DNA from: an uncultured Candidatus Rokubacteria bacterium
Lineage (GTDB): Bacteria; Methylomirabilota; Methylomirabilia; Rokubacteriales; DASRDR01
NCBI GenBank assembly: GCA_963708025.1
Contig: CAVPSB010000032.1
Span: 288,001-352,000 of the forward strand
Reading direction: 5' to 3'
Length of the DNA stretch: 64,000 nucleotides
Part shown: positions 40,695 through 50,318 of the stretch, piece after piece
How the letters are laid out: every line of letters starts with the position of its first letter
Position numbering within the stretch: position 1 is the stretch's first letter
Made by a program: the position numbers and the translations under genes
Notes under the pieces: generated by a model
What the model was told of the DNA's origin: nothing
Seen by the model: the letters and a program-made list of their open reading frames with translations, nothing else
Database searches by the model: none

Positions 40695-41630
40695 GTGACG
40701 CAGTTCGGTCTTGCCATCCGCAACTTCGTCGGACCCCGCGAGGTCCCCGACATCCAGGGGCTCTACGCTTACGCCCGGCGCGCCGAGGAGCTCGGCTTCG
40801 AGTCCCTCTGGGCGTGGGACCACATCCTGCTCGGAGTCGAGCCGTCGTTTCCGATCCTCGATTCCATCACCACGCTCGGCGCCATCGCGGCCCGCACCAG
40901 CCGGATCAAGCTGGGCACGGGCATCCTCGTGCTGCCGCTCCGGAACCCGGTGGTGGCCGCCAAGGCGCTGGGGAGCCTGGACGTGATCTCCGGCGGGCGG
41001 CTGATCCTGGGCGTCGCCGCGGGCTGGTACGCCCGCGAGTTCGACGCGGTCGGAGTGCCCTTCAAGGAGCGCGGCCGGCGGTTCGAGCGGAACCTCGACG
41101 TCCTGGTCCGCCTCTGGACCCAGGAGCGGGTCACGCTCCGGGTGGACGAGCTCAACCTGCGGGAGGCGGTGATGGTCCCGCGCCCGGCCCAGTCCCCGCG
41201 CCCGCCCATCCTGATCGGCGGCTACGTGGACGCCGTCCTCCGGCGCGTGGCGACCTCGAGCGACGGCTGGCTCACCTACTTCTACACGCCCGAGAGCTTC
41301 AGCCGGAACTGGGCGAAGGTGAAGGCGTTCGCCCGCGAGGCCGGCCGGGACCCGGCGACGCTCACGGCCACCAACCAGCTCGCCGTCTACGTCGGCCGGT
41401 CCCGGGCCGAGACCGCCGCCGACATGCGCCAGTGGCTCAGCACCGAGTGGGACACCGCCGCCTGGAGCGAGTCCACCGTCGAGCACGCCGTCCACGGCAG
41501 CCCCGCCGAGTGCATCGAGCAGCTTCGGGCCCACGTGGCCACCGGCGTTGACCGCCTCATCCTGATCCCCTACCGCTACCAGCCGGAACAGGTGGAGCGG
41601 ATCGCCCGGGAGATCCTGCCCGGGCTATGA
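40695..41630 (+). CDS. Luciferase-like (LLM) flavin-dependent oxidoreductase, possibly F420-dependent
   Basis: AEELGFESLWAWDH, TSRIKLGTGIL, LDVISGGRLILGVAAGW. Confidence 0.9.
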   Translation: MTQFGLAIRNFVGPREVPDIQGLYAYARRAEELGFESLWAWDHILLGVEPSFPILDSITTLGAIAARTSRIKLGTGILVLPLRNPVVAAKALGSLDVISGGRLILGVAAGWYAREFDAVGVPFKERGRRFERNLDVLVRLWTQERVTLRVDELNLREAVMVPRPAQSPRPPILIGGYVDAVLRRVATSSDGWLTYFYTPESFSRNWAKVKAFAREAGRDPATLTATNQLAVYVGRSRAETAADMRQWLSTEWDTAAWSESTVEHAVHGSPAECIEQLRAHVATGVDRLILIPYRYQPEQVERIAREILPGL

Positions 41631-41670
41631 GCCTCCCCATCCCGCGCTGATCCGGTCGCGTCGCGCCGGC

Positions 41671-42384
41671 ATGTACCCCGAGCCGAAGCTGCTCCCCGCC
41701 GGGGACCGGGCCGTCTCGGTCGAGTTCGCCGATCGGGTCAGCCTGGACGCCAACACCCGGGTGCGGACCCTGGCGCATCTGATCGCGCAGGAGGCGCCGC
41801 TCGGGATCGTCGAGACGGTGCCGACCTTCCGGTCGCTACTCGTCTACTACGACCCGCTGGCCCTGTCGTGGGACACGCTGGTCGCCACGCTGAGAGCCCT
41901 CCTCGCGCGGGTCGGCCTCGAGGCGGCGCCGCCCGGCCGGGCCGTGGAGATCCCGTGCGCCTACGGCGGCGAGCTGGGGTTCGACCTGCCGGCGGTGGCC
42001 GCGCGGCTGGGGGTGTCGCCGGACGAGGTGGTCCGGCTCCACACCGAGGACGAGTACCTGGTGTACTTCATCGGCTTCACCCCCGGCCTGCCCTACATGG
42101 TCGGGGCGTCCGGACGCCTCACCATCCCCCGACTGGACACGCCCCGGACGAAGACCCCCGCCGGCAGCGTGGGGATCGGCGGGCAGCAGTGCTGCATCTA
42201 CCCGGTGGAGAGCCCCGGCGGGTTCTGGATCCTCGGCCGCACCCCGCTCGCCCTCTACGACCCCGCTCGGTCCGAGCCCATCCTACTCCGCGCCGGCGAC
42301 CGCGTGCGCTTCCGCGCCATCGACCCCGCCGAGTTCGAGCGCCGCGCGGCGGAGGCCGCCGGCGGGCTCGTCATCAGCTCCTAG
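41671..42384 (+). CDS. pxpB: 5-oxoprolinase subunit B / allophanate hydrolase subunit 1 family
   Basis: VPTFRSLLVYYDP, GFTPGLPY, PAGSVGIGG, SPGGFWILGRTP. Confidence 0.85.
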   Translation: MYPEPKLLPAGDRAVSVEFADRVSLDANTRVRTLAHLIAQEAPLGIVETVPTFRSLLVYYDPLALSWDTLVATLRALLARVGLEAAPPGRAVEIPCAYGGELGFDLPAVAARLGVSPDEVVRLHTEDEYLVYFIGFTPGLPYMVGASGRLTIPRLDTPRTKTPAGSVGIGGQQCCIYPVESPGGFWILGRTPLALYDPARSEPILLRAGDRVRFRAIDPAEFERRAAEAAGGLVISS

Positions 42385-42513
42385 CCCGGTTCCGACTTCC
42401 CCGCCAGTACTCTCAGGATTGCGGGACCTCGCGCCCACCCCCCAACCCCCCGTCCACCTTGACCCATCTGGGGGAAGGGGGGAGTCGGAGGACCCGATTC
42501 CTTCACACGCTCT
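42385..42513. repeat. Intergenic repeat family C, copy 2
   Basis: Homologous to 28895-29063; lies between convergent stop codons. Confidence 0.75.
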
Positions 42514-42515
42514 CA

Positions 42516-44036
42516 CTACGGCTCGACGATGCGCCCCTCGACCGCCGGCGAGACGGTGCCGCGCGCCGTGATGTAGTCCATGACGACGTTGGCCATGAGC
42601 GCGCCGCCGCTGGCGTCGATGATCGGCCGGCCCTTCTTGAGCGACGCGTAGCCGTCGCCACCGGCCATCATGTACTCGTTGGTGGCCAGCCGGTACGTGG
42701 CGGCCGGATCGAGCGGCTTGCCGCCGATGGTCACCTGCAGCACCCGGGCGCCCTTCGGCCGCTTCGGGTCGAAGACCAGGACCAGGCCGGACACGTGCGG
42801 GAACCGGCCGGCCACGTCCTCGACGGCGCTGACCCCCTCCTCCAGCGCGGCGCGGAGGTCGGCGCCGCTGATCTCCATCAGCACCGCGACGTTGCCGAAG
42901 GGCAGCTCGGTGAGGATGTCCCGGCGGGTGAGCGTGGTGCCCGCCGGGTAGGTGCGATCGCCGCGGATGCCGCCGCCGTTGGTGACCGCCACGTCGGCCT
43001 TGGTGGCCTCGCGGATGGCGTCCGCGAACAGGTTCCCGATGGCGCTCTCCTTGAGGCGCACCGTCGCCCGCCGGGAGTCGAGCTCCACCCCGGTCGTGCC
43101 GACCGCGATCTTGAGGCTCTCGTCGAGCTTGTCCTCGTGGCCCTTGACGATGGCGGCGACGGTCGGATCCGGCGCGACCCCGGCCGTCGAGACTACCCGC
43201 CACCCGCGCGGCCACACCTTCACCTGGGGCCCCCGCGGGGTCTGGGTCTTCTCGATCTCGATCTGGGCGACGCCGAGGTACTCCGCGTCGTGCCCGACCT
43301 TGAAGATGAGCACGCCGCCTTCGTAGAAGGTGATGGGATCGTGCTCGTGCCCCCCCAGGATCACGTCGATCCCCTTGACCTCGCGCACCAGCTCGCGGTC
43401 GTCGGCGATGGTGAGGTGCGTCAGCGCCACCACCGCGTCGGCCCCCTGGTCCTTGAGCTGCTTGACCGCGGCGCGAGCGGTGTCCACGACGGGCGCGAAG
43501 GTCACCTCGGGTCCGGTGTTCGAGAGGTGGCGCGTGTCGGGCGTGATAATCCCGAAGAAACCGATCGTCAGCTCGCCCACCTTGCGGGTCGCCGTGGCCA
43601 CCAGGCCCGGGAAGATCTTGCCGTCCGTGCCCAGGACGTTGGTCCCCAGCCAGGGAAACTTCGAGTCCCCCACCCGCTGCTTGAGGACGTTGGAGCCGAA
43701 GTCGAACTCGTGGTTCCCGACCACGGCGATGTCGAGCCCGATGGCGTTCATCAACTCGATCATCTGCGTCCCCTTGGTGATCCCCGACATCATCGACGAG
43801 CCGATGAGGTCGCCCCCGAGCGTGGTGATCGCCCCGGGTGCCGCCGCCCGCTCCTGCTTGAGCAGCGTCATGAGCGGGGCGAACCCGCCGCGCCCCTGCT
43901 TGGGGCTGATCTCGTAGACGTCGTTGAGGTGCAGGAAGGTGATGGTCGTCGTCTGGGCGGAGGCCGACGTGGCCAGGGCGATGACGACGACCAGCGCCAC
44001 CAGCGTGGTCAGGGGGAACCTCGATCGGGTCGGCAT
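42516..44036 (-). CDS. Secreted bifunctional metallophosphatase/5'-nucleotidase (UshA-like)
   Basis: LHLNDVY, GGD, GNHEFDFG, GGHEH, NGGGIR, GGDGY; signal peptide from ATG 44036. Confidence 0.93.
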   Translation of the reverse strand: MPTRSRFPLTTLVALVVVIALATSASAQTTTITFLHLNDVYEISPKQGRGGFAPLMTLLKQERAAAPGAITTLGGDLIGSSMMSGITKGTQMIELMNAIGLDIAVVGNHEFDFGSNVLKQRVGDSKFPWLGTNVLGTDGKIFPGLVATATRKVGELTIGFFGIITPDTRHLSNTGPEVTFAPVVDTARAAVKQLKDQGADAVVALTHLTIADDRELVREVKGIDVILGGHEHDPITFYEGGVLIFKVGHDAEYLGVAQIEIEKTQTPRGPQVKVWPRGWRVVSTAGVAPDPTVAAIVKGHEDKLDESLKIAVGTTGVELDSRRATVRLKESAIGNLFADAIREATKADVAVTNGGGIRGDRTYPAGTTLTRRDILTELPFGNVAVLMEISGADLRAALEEGVSAVEDVAGRFPHVSGLVLVFDPKRPKGARVLQVTIGGKPLDPAATYRLATNEYMMAGGDGYASLKKGRPIIDASGGALMANVVMDYITARGTVSPAVEGRIVEP

Positions 44037-44270
44037 GGGACTACCCTCCCGGCAGCTGAAAGCTCGGCGGTTCACGCGGTCCGGGCACGGCACGGCGCCG
44101 CTCCTCGCTGCCCATCACCATAGCTGATCCCCGGTGCGTCGCGCCAGGGCCGCGAACGAGCCGGCCGTCCGGCAGACGATCAGGGCTCGCCGGATGGGAC
44201 GTGATGGCGGCGTCGCGGGCGTACCGTGTCTCCGGGCGGGGTCCGGCCGCCGCGAGATCTCCCGTGCGCC

Positions 44271-44329
44271 GTGGCCGTGACGCTCACTCCGGCGCACACT
44301 CGGGCTTCGGCGACCACTCGCGGTGCTGC
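44271..44329. repeat. 59-bp direct repeat, left copy
   Basis: 58/59 identical to 45649-45707. Confidence 0.92.
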
Positions 44330-44491
44330 AACATCGAGCCACTACCGAAGCGCGTGACGTCGCAGGCACGGGTTGGTCCCCGACCGCCCAGCCCGTGCCG
44401 CGGACACGTCAACGGGGGTACGGACGGATCCGCAACGGCCTTGACACGGCCCGCGCCCGCCGCGCATCATCGCGGCTGAGCGAGCCACGCG

Positions 44492-45610
44492 GTGACCTCT
44501 CCCATCTCCAAGAGCCTGTTCATCGGCATCGAGCACGTCGCGCACCTCGCCGCGGGCGGGGAGGCGCCGGTCCTCCGCTCCCATGTCGACGCCGCCACGC
44601 GCTACCTCCTCGACAAGGGCGACGGCATGCCGGGGCGCGAGCGCTTCTTCACCGTGGTGGGCCGCGCGCGGGAGCGGTTGGCGTCGTTGCTAGGGGGTGG
44701 GCCCCACGAGGTCAGCTTCCTCGCCCACGCCTCCGAGGGCCTCTTCGTCGCCTCCGAGGGTATCGACTGGCGTCCCGGCGACAACGTGGTCGTCGAGCGG
44801 AGCGAGTACCCCTCGGTCCTCCAGGCGTGGCAGCGACTCCGCGGGAAGGGCGTCGAGGTCCGCGCGGTTGGCGAGGAGCCGGTCGTGCCCCACGCCGAGC
44901 TGGAAGCGGCCGTCGACGGCCGGACGCGCGTCGTGGCCGCCAGCCACGTGAGCTACCTGACGGGCGCGCGGCACGATCTGGCCGCCCTCCGCCGCCTGGC
45001 CGACCGGGTGGGGGCCCGCCTGGTGGTGGACGCGTCGCACGCCCTGGGCGTCGTGCCCGTGGACGGCACGCTCTGCGACGTCGTGGTGTCGTGCTGTTAC
45101 AAGTGGCTCTTCGGGGTCCACGGCGCCGGGGTCTTCTTCGTGAACGGGCGGCGCTGGCCGGACCTCGCGCCGCCGTGGGTCGGCTGGCACTCGACCGAGC
45201 GGGACGAGGACTGGCGCCGGCGGACGGAGTATCGTCTGCGCGCGGGCGCCGAGCGCTTCGAGGCCGGGAACCCTCCGTTCCTGCCCCTCTATCTCCTGGA
45301 GAACGCCCGGCGGACCCTCGGCGGCGTCGACGGGCGGGCGGTCGAGGCGCACGTCCTCGCCCTGGGCGGGGAGCTGCGCCGGGGGCTGGTCAAGCTCGGG
45401 CTTCCCGTCCTGACGCCCGAGGCCCCGGAGACCCGGGCGGGGAACATCGTGTTCGCGACGGACCGCTCGCGGGAGCTGGAGCAGCGGTTGCGCGCGGCCG
45501 GCGTCCTCACGTGGTCCGGGGACGGGCGGCTCCGCCTCTCCGTCCACGGGTACAACGACGAGGGCGACGTGGCGCGCGCCCTCGACGCCCTCGCCCGCCT
45601 CCCCGCCTAG
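44492..45610 (+). CDS. Aminotransferase class V / cysteine desulfurase-like PLP enzyme
   Basis: ASEG, EYPS, VDASHALG, SCCYKWLFG, RFEAG, RLSVHGYN; TTGACA at 44441 upstream. Confidence 0.88.
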   Translation: MTSPISKSLFIGIEHVAHLAAGGEAPVLRSHVDAATRYLLDKGDGMPGRERFFTVVGRARERLASLLGGGPHEVSFLAHASEGLFVASEGIDWRPGDNVVVERSEYPSVLQAWQRLRGKGVEVRAVGEEPVVPHAELEAAVDGRTRVVAASHVSYLTGARHDLAALRRLADRVGARLVVDASHALGVVPVDGTLCDVVVSCCYKWLFGVHGAGVFFVNGRRWPDLAPPWVGWHSTERDEDWRRRTEYRLRAGAERFEAGNPPFLPLYLLENARRTLGGVDGRAVEAHVLALGGELRRGLVKLGLPVLTPEAPETRAGNIVFATDRSRELEQRLRAAGVLTWSGDGRLRLSVHGYNDEGDVARALDALARLPA

Positions 45611-45648
45611 GTCACCCCCCTCGCCGACGAGCCGGTCGCCGCGCGCCG

Positions 45649-45707
45649 GTGGCCGTGACGGTCACTCCGGCGCACACTCGGGCTTCGGCGACCACTCGCG
45701 GTGCTGC
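45649..45707. repeat. 59-bp direct repeat, right copy
   Basis: 58/59 identical to 44271-44329. Confidence 0.92.
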
Positions 45708-46002
45708 GGAAACCGGGCCAGCAGATCGCGGATCTGCTCGCACGGTGAGAGTCCAGCGCGGGCTGCCGGCGCTTGACTCCCCGCTCGGTACCGGGTCAGC
45801 AGCCAGACGTTCTGGCCCTCCGGGCGCTCCTCCCAGAAGCAGCGGCGGGCGGTCTGCACGCGGGGAAGGCGGCGCGCCGGCCCGGCCCTCGGGTGATCGA
45901 ACGCGTGGTGGGCGCCGACATGACACTGCATGAGCGGTCATGGGCCGAAGGCCCACAGGGTCCCCGTCTTGCGGCGGAGCGATAACGATGCGGCCTGAAG
46001 AG

Positions 46003-47022
46003 TTACGGCAATCTCGGCGCGCTGGCGATCTCCGGTGACACCTCGCCCGTCAGAGCGTGCAGGAAGGCAATGAGATCGGCTTGCTCGTCGGCCGTCAGAT
46101 CCAGCGGCTTGATCGCTTCCGACAGCCACGGGTTCTTGTGCCCGCCCTGGTTGTAGAAGGAAACGACTTCTTCGAGCGTCTTCTGGCTGCCATCGTGCAT
46201 GTAGGGCGAGCGCTTGGCAACATCGCGGAGCGTTGGCGTCTTGATGGCGCCCTTGTCCGATTCCTTCTTGGTCACGACAAATCGGCCCAGGTACGGGTTC
46301 TCCTTGTCCATGCCGACGCCGAGGTTGTGGTAACCCTCGTCAGTGAAGTTGAAACCGGCGTGGCACTTCTGGCAGGCGGCCTTGCCCTTGAAGAGCTCCA
46401 AGCCCCGCTGAGCTGCGGCGGACATCGCGTTCTGGTCGCCGGCCTGGAACCGATCATAGGGTGACTTGCCGGACAGGAGCATCCGCGTGTAGGAAGCGAT
46501 TGCCTTGGCGACGCCGTCGGGGTTCAGGTCCGCTCCAAACACCTTGCGGAACTGTTCCTGATACTCCGTAATCGCGCCGAGGTTCTTCACGATCAACTCC
46601 GGTGATTGGTCAACGGCATGAATCGCCTGATCCTCCAGCGACTTTCGCCCGCCTGAGTATGTCTGCTCCGAGCTGAAGAGCCGATTGATCACGGTCGGGG
46701 AGTGGCGCGGAGTCGGGCCACCATCGAATCTCGTCGAGAACCGGCGTGGATCCGCCCACGCATGATCGGGCAGGTGACAGGAGACACAGGCCACGGTGCC
46801 GTTCTTCGACCAGCGCTTGTCCCAGAAGAACTGCTTGCCGAGCGCAATCTTCTCGGGCGTGAGCGGATTGTCGTCCGGAATGTTGGCGGCCTGTTCCTGC
46901 AAGCCAAGTGGAAGCTCGAGCTTGAACTCTGCCGCGCCCGCGGTGTCGATGAGGAAGGAAGCACACAAGAGCACACCACCAGCCAGGCCTGCGGCTCGGT
47001 TCCGTGTTCGGTTCCGTGTCAT
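46003..47022 (-). CDS. Di-haem cytochrome c peroxidase / MauG family protein
   Basis: Signal peptide, DNPLTPEKIALG, CVSCH, CQKCH, KTPTLRDV...PYMHDG; visibly lower GC than the core region. Confidence 0.9.
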   Translation of the reverse strand: MTRNRTRNRAAGLAGGVLLCASFLIDTAGAAEFKLELPLGLQEQAANIPDDNPLTPEKIALGKQFFWDKRWSKNGTVACVSCHLPDHAWADPRRFSTRFDGGPTPRHSPTVINRLFSSEQTYSGGRKSLEDQAIHAVDQSPELIVKNLGAITEYQEQFRKVFGADLNPDGVAKAIASYTRMLLSGKSPYDRFQAGDQNAMSAAAQRGLELFKGKAACQKCHAGFNFTDEGYHNLGVGMDKENPYLGRFVVTKKESDKGAIKTPTLRDVAKRSPYMHDGSQKTLEEVVSFYNQGGHKNPWLSEAIKPLDLTADEQADLIAFLHALTGEVSPEIASAPRLP

Positions 47023-47179
47023 GTCCCGTTCTCCCTGGCGAGCCCGCGCCCGCGGACCCGCATCGCCACGTTTGGGGGCCTGCCGCCAGATCAGCACGTT
47101 CCGCGCCAACCGTGACAACCCAGGGCATGACGACCCTAACTTCTCACCAAACAATAAGATCACGCTCTTCAAGTAGGCC

Positions 47180-47345
47180 CTCCTGAACGGGAAAATCCCA
47201 GGGCTGGCTCGGATCTGGCCAGCAGCGGACGAATGGGACCGGCCAGGTAGGCGCGATCCTGGCCTCGAACACCACCGTGTCGCCCGGACGGATCGTGAGC
47301 TGGGCCGGCGAGAAGATCCACGCGCGGCCGCTTTCTAGAACGCCG
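47180..47345 (-). pseudogene. Possible cupredoxin (plastocyanin/amicyanin-like) fragment
   Basis: WIFSPAQLTIRPGDTVVF matches the F.P..LTI..GDTV.F pattern; no copper ligands visible. Confidence 0.35.
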
Positions 47346-47376
47346 GCCAACCTGCCTCCTGATCCTGCACGTCCAT

Positions 47377-48069
47377 TTGTCCCGAGCCGCCAGGTCAGCT
47401 TGCGTGGCCCTCGGAGATCCAGGCGGACCGCGGCTGCTGGCCAGCCACACGCGACGACGGGCTGCCGACAGCTTCTACTTGCAGGGGAACTATGCCTACG
47501 TCGCGTGGCAGGAGGAAGGACTGAAGATTCTCGATGTGCGCGACCCGGCACGGATCCGTCTCGCCGGGAGCTTCGCGACTGGTCCGTGCAGGACTCCATA
47601 CCTGTCCCGATGTACCGACGTGTACGTGACGGGGCGCCACGCCTTTCTGGCCTACGACGGGTGGCTCTCGGTCCTGGACGTCCGGCAGCCGAATCGCCCG
47701 GTCCTGGTCGGCCGGGTAAACCTCGACACGGCCGAGCCGGTGGCGATGATCGCGGGCCGCGGACGGCAGCTCTACCTGGCCACGCTGGCCAGGCGGATCT
47801 ACAGGCTCGACGTCTCCTCGCCGTCCAGGCCCGTGCTCGTCTCCTGGTACGATTCCGGCTACTACTACGCCCCCAGGACGCTGAGGCTCTTCGGGGATCG
47901 TCTCTACGCGGTCGCGACGCGGGGGCTCTTCGTGCTCGATGCCTCGGATCCCTCCCGGCTCACGCTCGACGCCTGGTATCCCGGGACGGATGCCGTCGAC
48001 GTCCACGTCGCGAACGACCTCGTGTACCTGACGACCCACCACGGCGTCACCGTGCTGAGACTCCGGTAG
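47377..48069 (+). pseudogene. LVIVD-repeat beta-propeller protein, probably 5'-truncated
   Basis: Repeats GNYAYVA..GLKILDV.DP, GRHAFLA..LSVLDV..P, LFVLDASDP; no convincing start. Confidence 0.65.
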
Positions 48070-48070
48070 C

Positions 48071-48230
48071 GTGGCGGCCGGCGGCAAGGTGCTCCTCGAC
48101 TGCATGCAGGCGGAGCTGGACCGCGCGTACGACCAGCACGCCTGGCGCCGAACGCTGACGCGGTGGTCGCTTGGTATGCGGCGTCCAGCCGACCGCGCGA
48201 GAACGAGCTGGCGGCCGCGCGGTGTTGTTG
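48071..48230 (+). pseudogene. Possible degenerate DinB-family N-terminal fragment
   Basis: LDRAYDQHAW...SWRP resembles DinB-like N-termini; degrades afterwards. Confidence 0.25.
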
Positions 48231-48470
48231 TTATCAGGTGTCCCGCCTCCCCACGATGCGGGCGGCCCGCCGCACCACCCGCGCCTTCGCGGCGGGCGCC
48301 GTGGAGGGTCTCTCGCCGTCAGGTGACCGGCCAGCGGCGCTCTCAACGTTCTGGCTCAGGAAGACAAGGCCGGCGTTGAGGTACGGGGCCCACCGGCTGT
48401 CCAGGGGAAGCTTTCTCCTTTCTTGCCTGCAGTAAGGAGTCCTTGTATCCTTCCATCCGGGAGACACGCA

Positions 48471-48707
48471 ATGCTGGCAAAGAAGACCACGAAGAACCAG
48501 ATCACCCTACCCAAGGCCATCGTTCGTCAGCTTCCCGACGTGGAGTACTTCGACGTCTCCTTGCGTGGTGACGAGATCGTGCTGCGCCCGGCGACGGTAA
48601 CGGCGCCCGGGCGTCGACTCGATGCGGTCCGGGCGAAGATCAAGGCTCTGGGCGTGACCGAGAAGGACATCGACGCCGCGATCGTGTGGGCCCGCCGCCG
48701 GCCCTGA
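48471..48707 (+). CDS. AbrB/MazE-family antitoxin
   Basis: MLAKKTTKNQITLPKAI..GDEIVLRP; SD GGGAG; abuts the PIN gene. Confidence 0.88.
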   Translation: MLAKKTTKNQITLPKAIVRQLPDVEYFDVSLRGDEIVLRPATVTAPGRRLDAVRAKIKALGVTEKDIDAAIVWARRRP

Positions 48708-49115
48708 ATGCGTGCCGTCCTCGACACGAACACGATCATCTCGGCTCTCCTCTTTTCGGGCACGGCTTCGCGGCTCGTACCGATCTGGCAGTCGGGAAGG
48801 ATCCAGCCGCTGCTCTCGCGAGCCATCCTCGACGAGTGTCTACGAGCGCTCGCGTACCCCAAGTTCGGGCTCGCTGCCGACGACATCAAGGAGCTTCTCG
48901 GCGAGACATTCCTGCCGTTCGCCGAGGTCGTTCGAAGCACGAAGCGCCTGGCCATCCGTGTGCGAGACCCTGACGATCGGAAGTTCCTGGAATGCGCCGT
49001 TGCCGGGCGAGCCGAGTTCCTGGTGACCGGCGATCGAGATCTCTTGGCGCTGCAGTCGTATCGAGGCATCGCAATCCTGACGGCCGGTGACCTCCTGAGG
49101 CGCTTCGAAGAGTAA
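48708..49115 (+). CDS. PIN-domain toxin (VapC-like, PIN_3)
   Basis: RAVLDTNTIISA, RDPDDRKFLECA, LVTGDRDLL. Confidence 0.92.
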   Translation: MRAVLDTNTIISALLFSGTASRLVPIWQSGRIQPLLSRAILDECLRALAYPKFGLAADDIKELLGETFLPFAEVVRSTKRLAIRVRDPDDRKFLECAVAGRAEFLVTGDRDLLALQSYRGIAILTAGDLLRRFEE

Positions 49116-49265
49116 ACGCCACGGGCTTGGCCCCCCCGGGCGGTGCAGGCGGGAACTTGTCGCAGAACTGCAGGAGTTCCTCAAGCTCTTCAACACGGGA
49201 AGCGGGGGCAGTCGCCGACACGGCGGCGAGTTGATCGGCTGGATAAGGGCGAGACGGCCGTACGA

Positions 49266-49393
49266 CTACCCGCCGAAGCCGTCCTCGTTCGCGGCGTAGT
49301 CGCTCCAGCTCAGGTGGAGCACCCCGCCCGAGCCGACGACGTCCAGCAGAGGACGAGCAGGGAAATGGTCAAGGCGACCCGCCCGCGGTGCAT
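49266..49393 (-). pseudogene. Possible relic of a secreted fibronectin type III-like protein
   Basis: Signal peptide MHRGRVALTISLLVLCWTSSARA, then frameshifted LHLSWSDYAANEDGF. Confidence 0.3.
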
Positions 49394-49501
49394 GGACGGC
49401 CCCGTGTGCCTGATCGGCAGCACGACGTCCATCGCCCGCGCCTCGAGGAACGGGCGGTCGCCGCGGAGGCCGTGGAGAGACAGACGCGTCACGACGTGCC
49501 G

Positions 49502-50275
49502 CTACGCCGTTCCGTCGTGCTCGGGAGCATCGGCTTCCAGTGCCGCGACGCTGCGCGCGTAGGCGGCCATGCCGGGGACGGCGCTCAGCCCGTGGGCAAG
49601 AATGCTCAGCAAGACGGTCGCCATGACGGCGAGGGGAATGGTGGGTCTGCCGCCTCGATCGGTCTCCTCCAGATAGACCAGTCCGAGCACGATCGACGCC
49701 AGCCCGCGTGGGCCGAACCAGCCCATGAACAGGACGGTGGCCCGACTCAGTCGGGCACCGCGGAGCGCGACTGCCACCGGCACCATGCGCACCACCGTCA
49801 GGCTCAGCACGGCATACAGCGCGACCGGCACGCTGAACTGTCGCCAATCTCGCGCAACCAGCATCCCGAAGGTAAAGAAGACGGTGAGATTCAGCGCCTG
49901 TCCCCACTCCTCCGTGAACCCCGCCTCCCACAGGGAGAGCGCGGGGAACACCAGTCGCGCGCCGAGGGCGCCCAGAAGCAGGGTCAGCAGCATCCCCGTG
50001 GTCAAGAGCCGGAGCGGCAGGTTGCGAATGCTCCTCAACACCCGGAGGTCGGTGCGGCTGGCGTCGGTGAACAGCAGCAGCACCAGGCCGACCTCGGCCA
50101 GCTGTAGGAAGACATGGATGTCACCCTGCGGGCGCCGCAGCGGGGGCAGGCAGAGCAGCACCACGATTCCTGCGCCGGTGAAGACCATCGGCGCGGTCAC
50201 CACCGTTCGCTCCAGCCGCCGGGAGGCCAGGGTGTACAGGAAGAGTAGCGCGACGAAGACGGTGACGAGGCTCAT
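49502..50275 (-). pseudogene. NhaP/CPA1 cation:proton antiporter with in-frame internal deletion
   Basis: N-terminal LAEVGLVLLLFTDAS/LPLRLL and C-terminal VRMVPVAVAL/GWFGPRGLAS are present; the core PTD/ESG.ND region is missing at the WEAG|FTEEWG junction near 49920. Confidence 0.7.
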
Positions 50276-50318
50276 GCCCGTACGCTGTACGACCGGCGGG
50301 GCATGGTCGCGCCATGGG

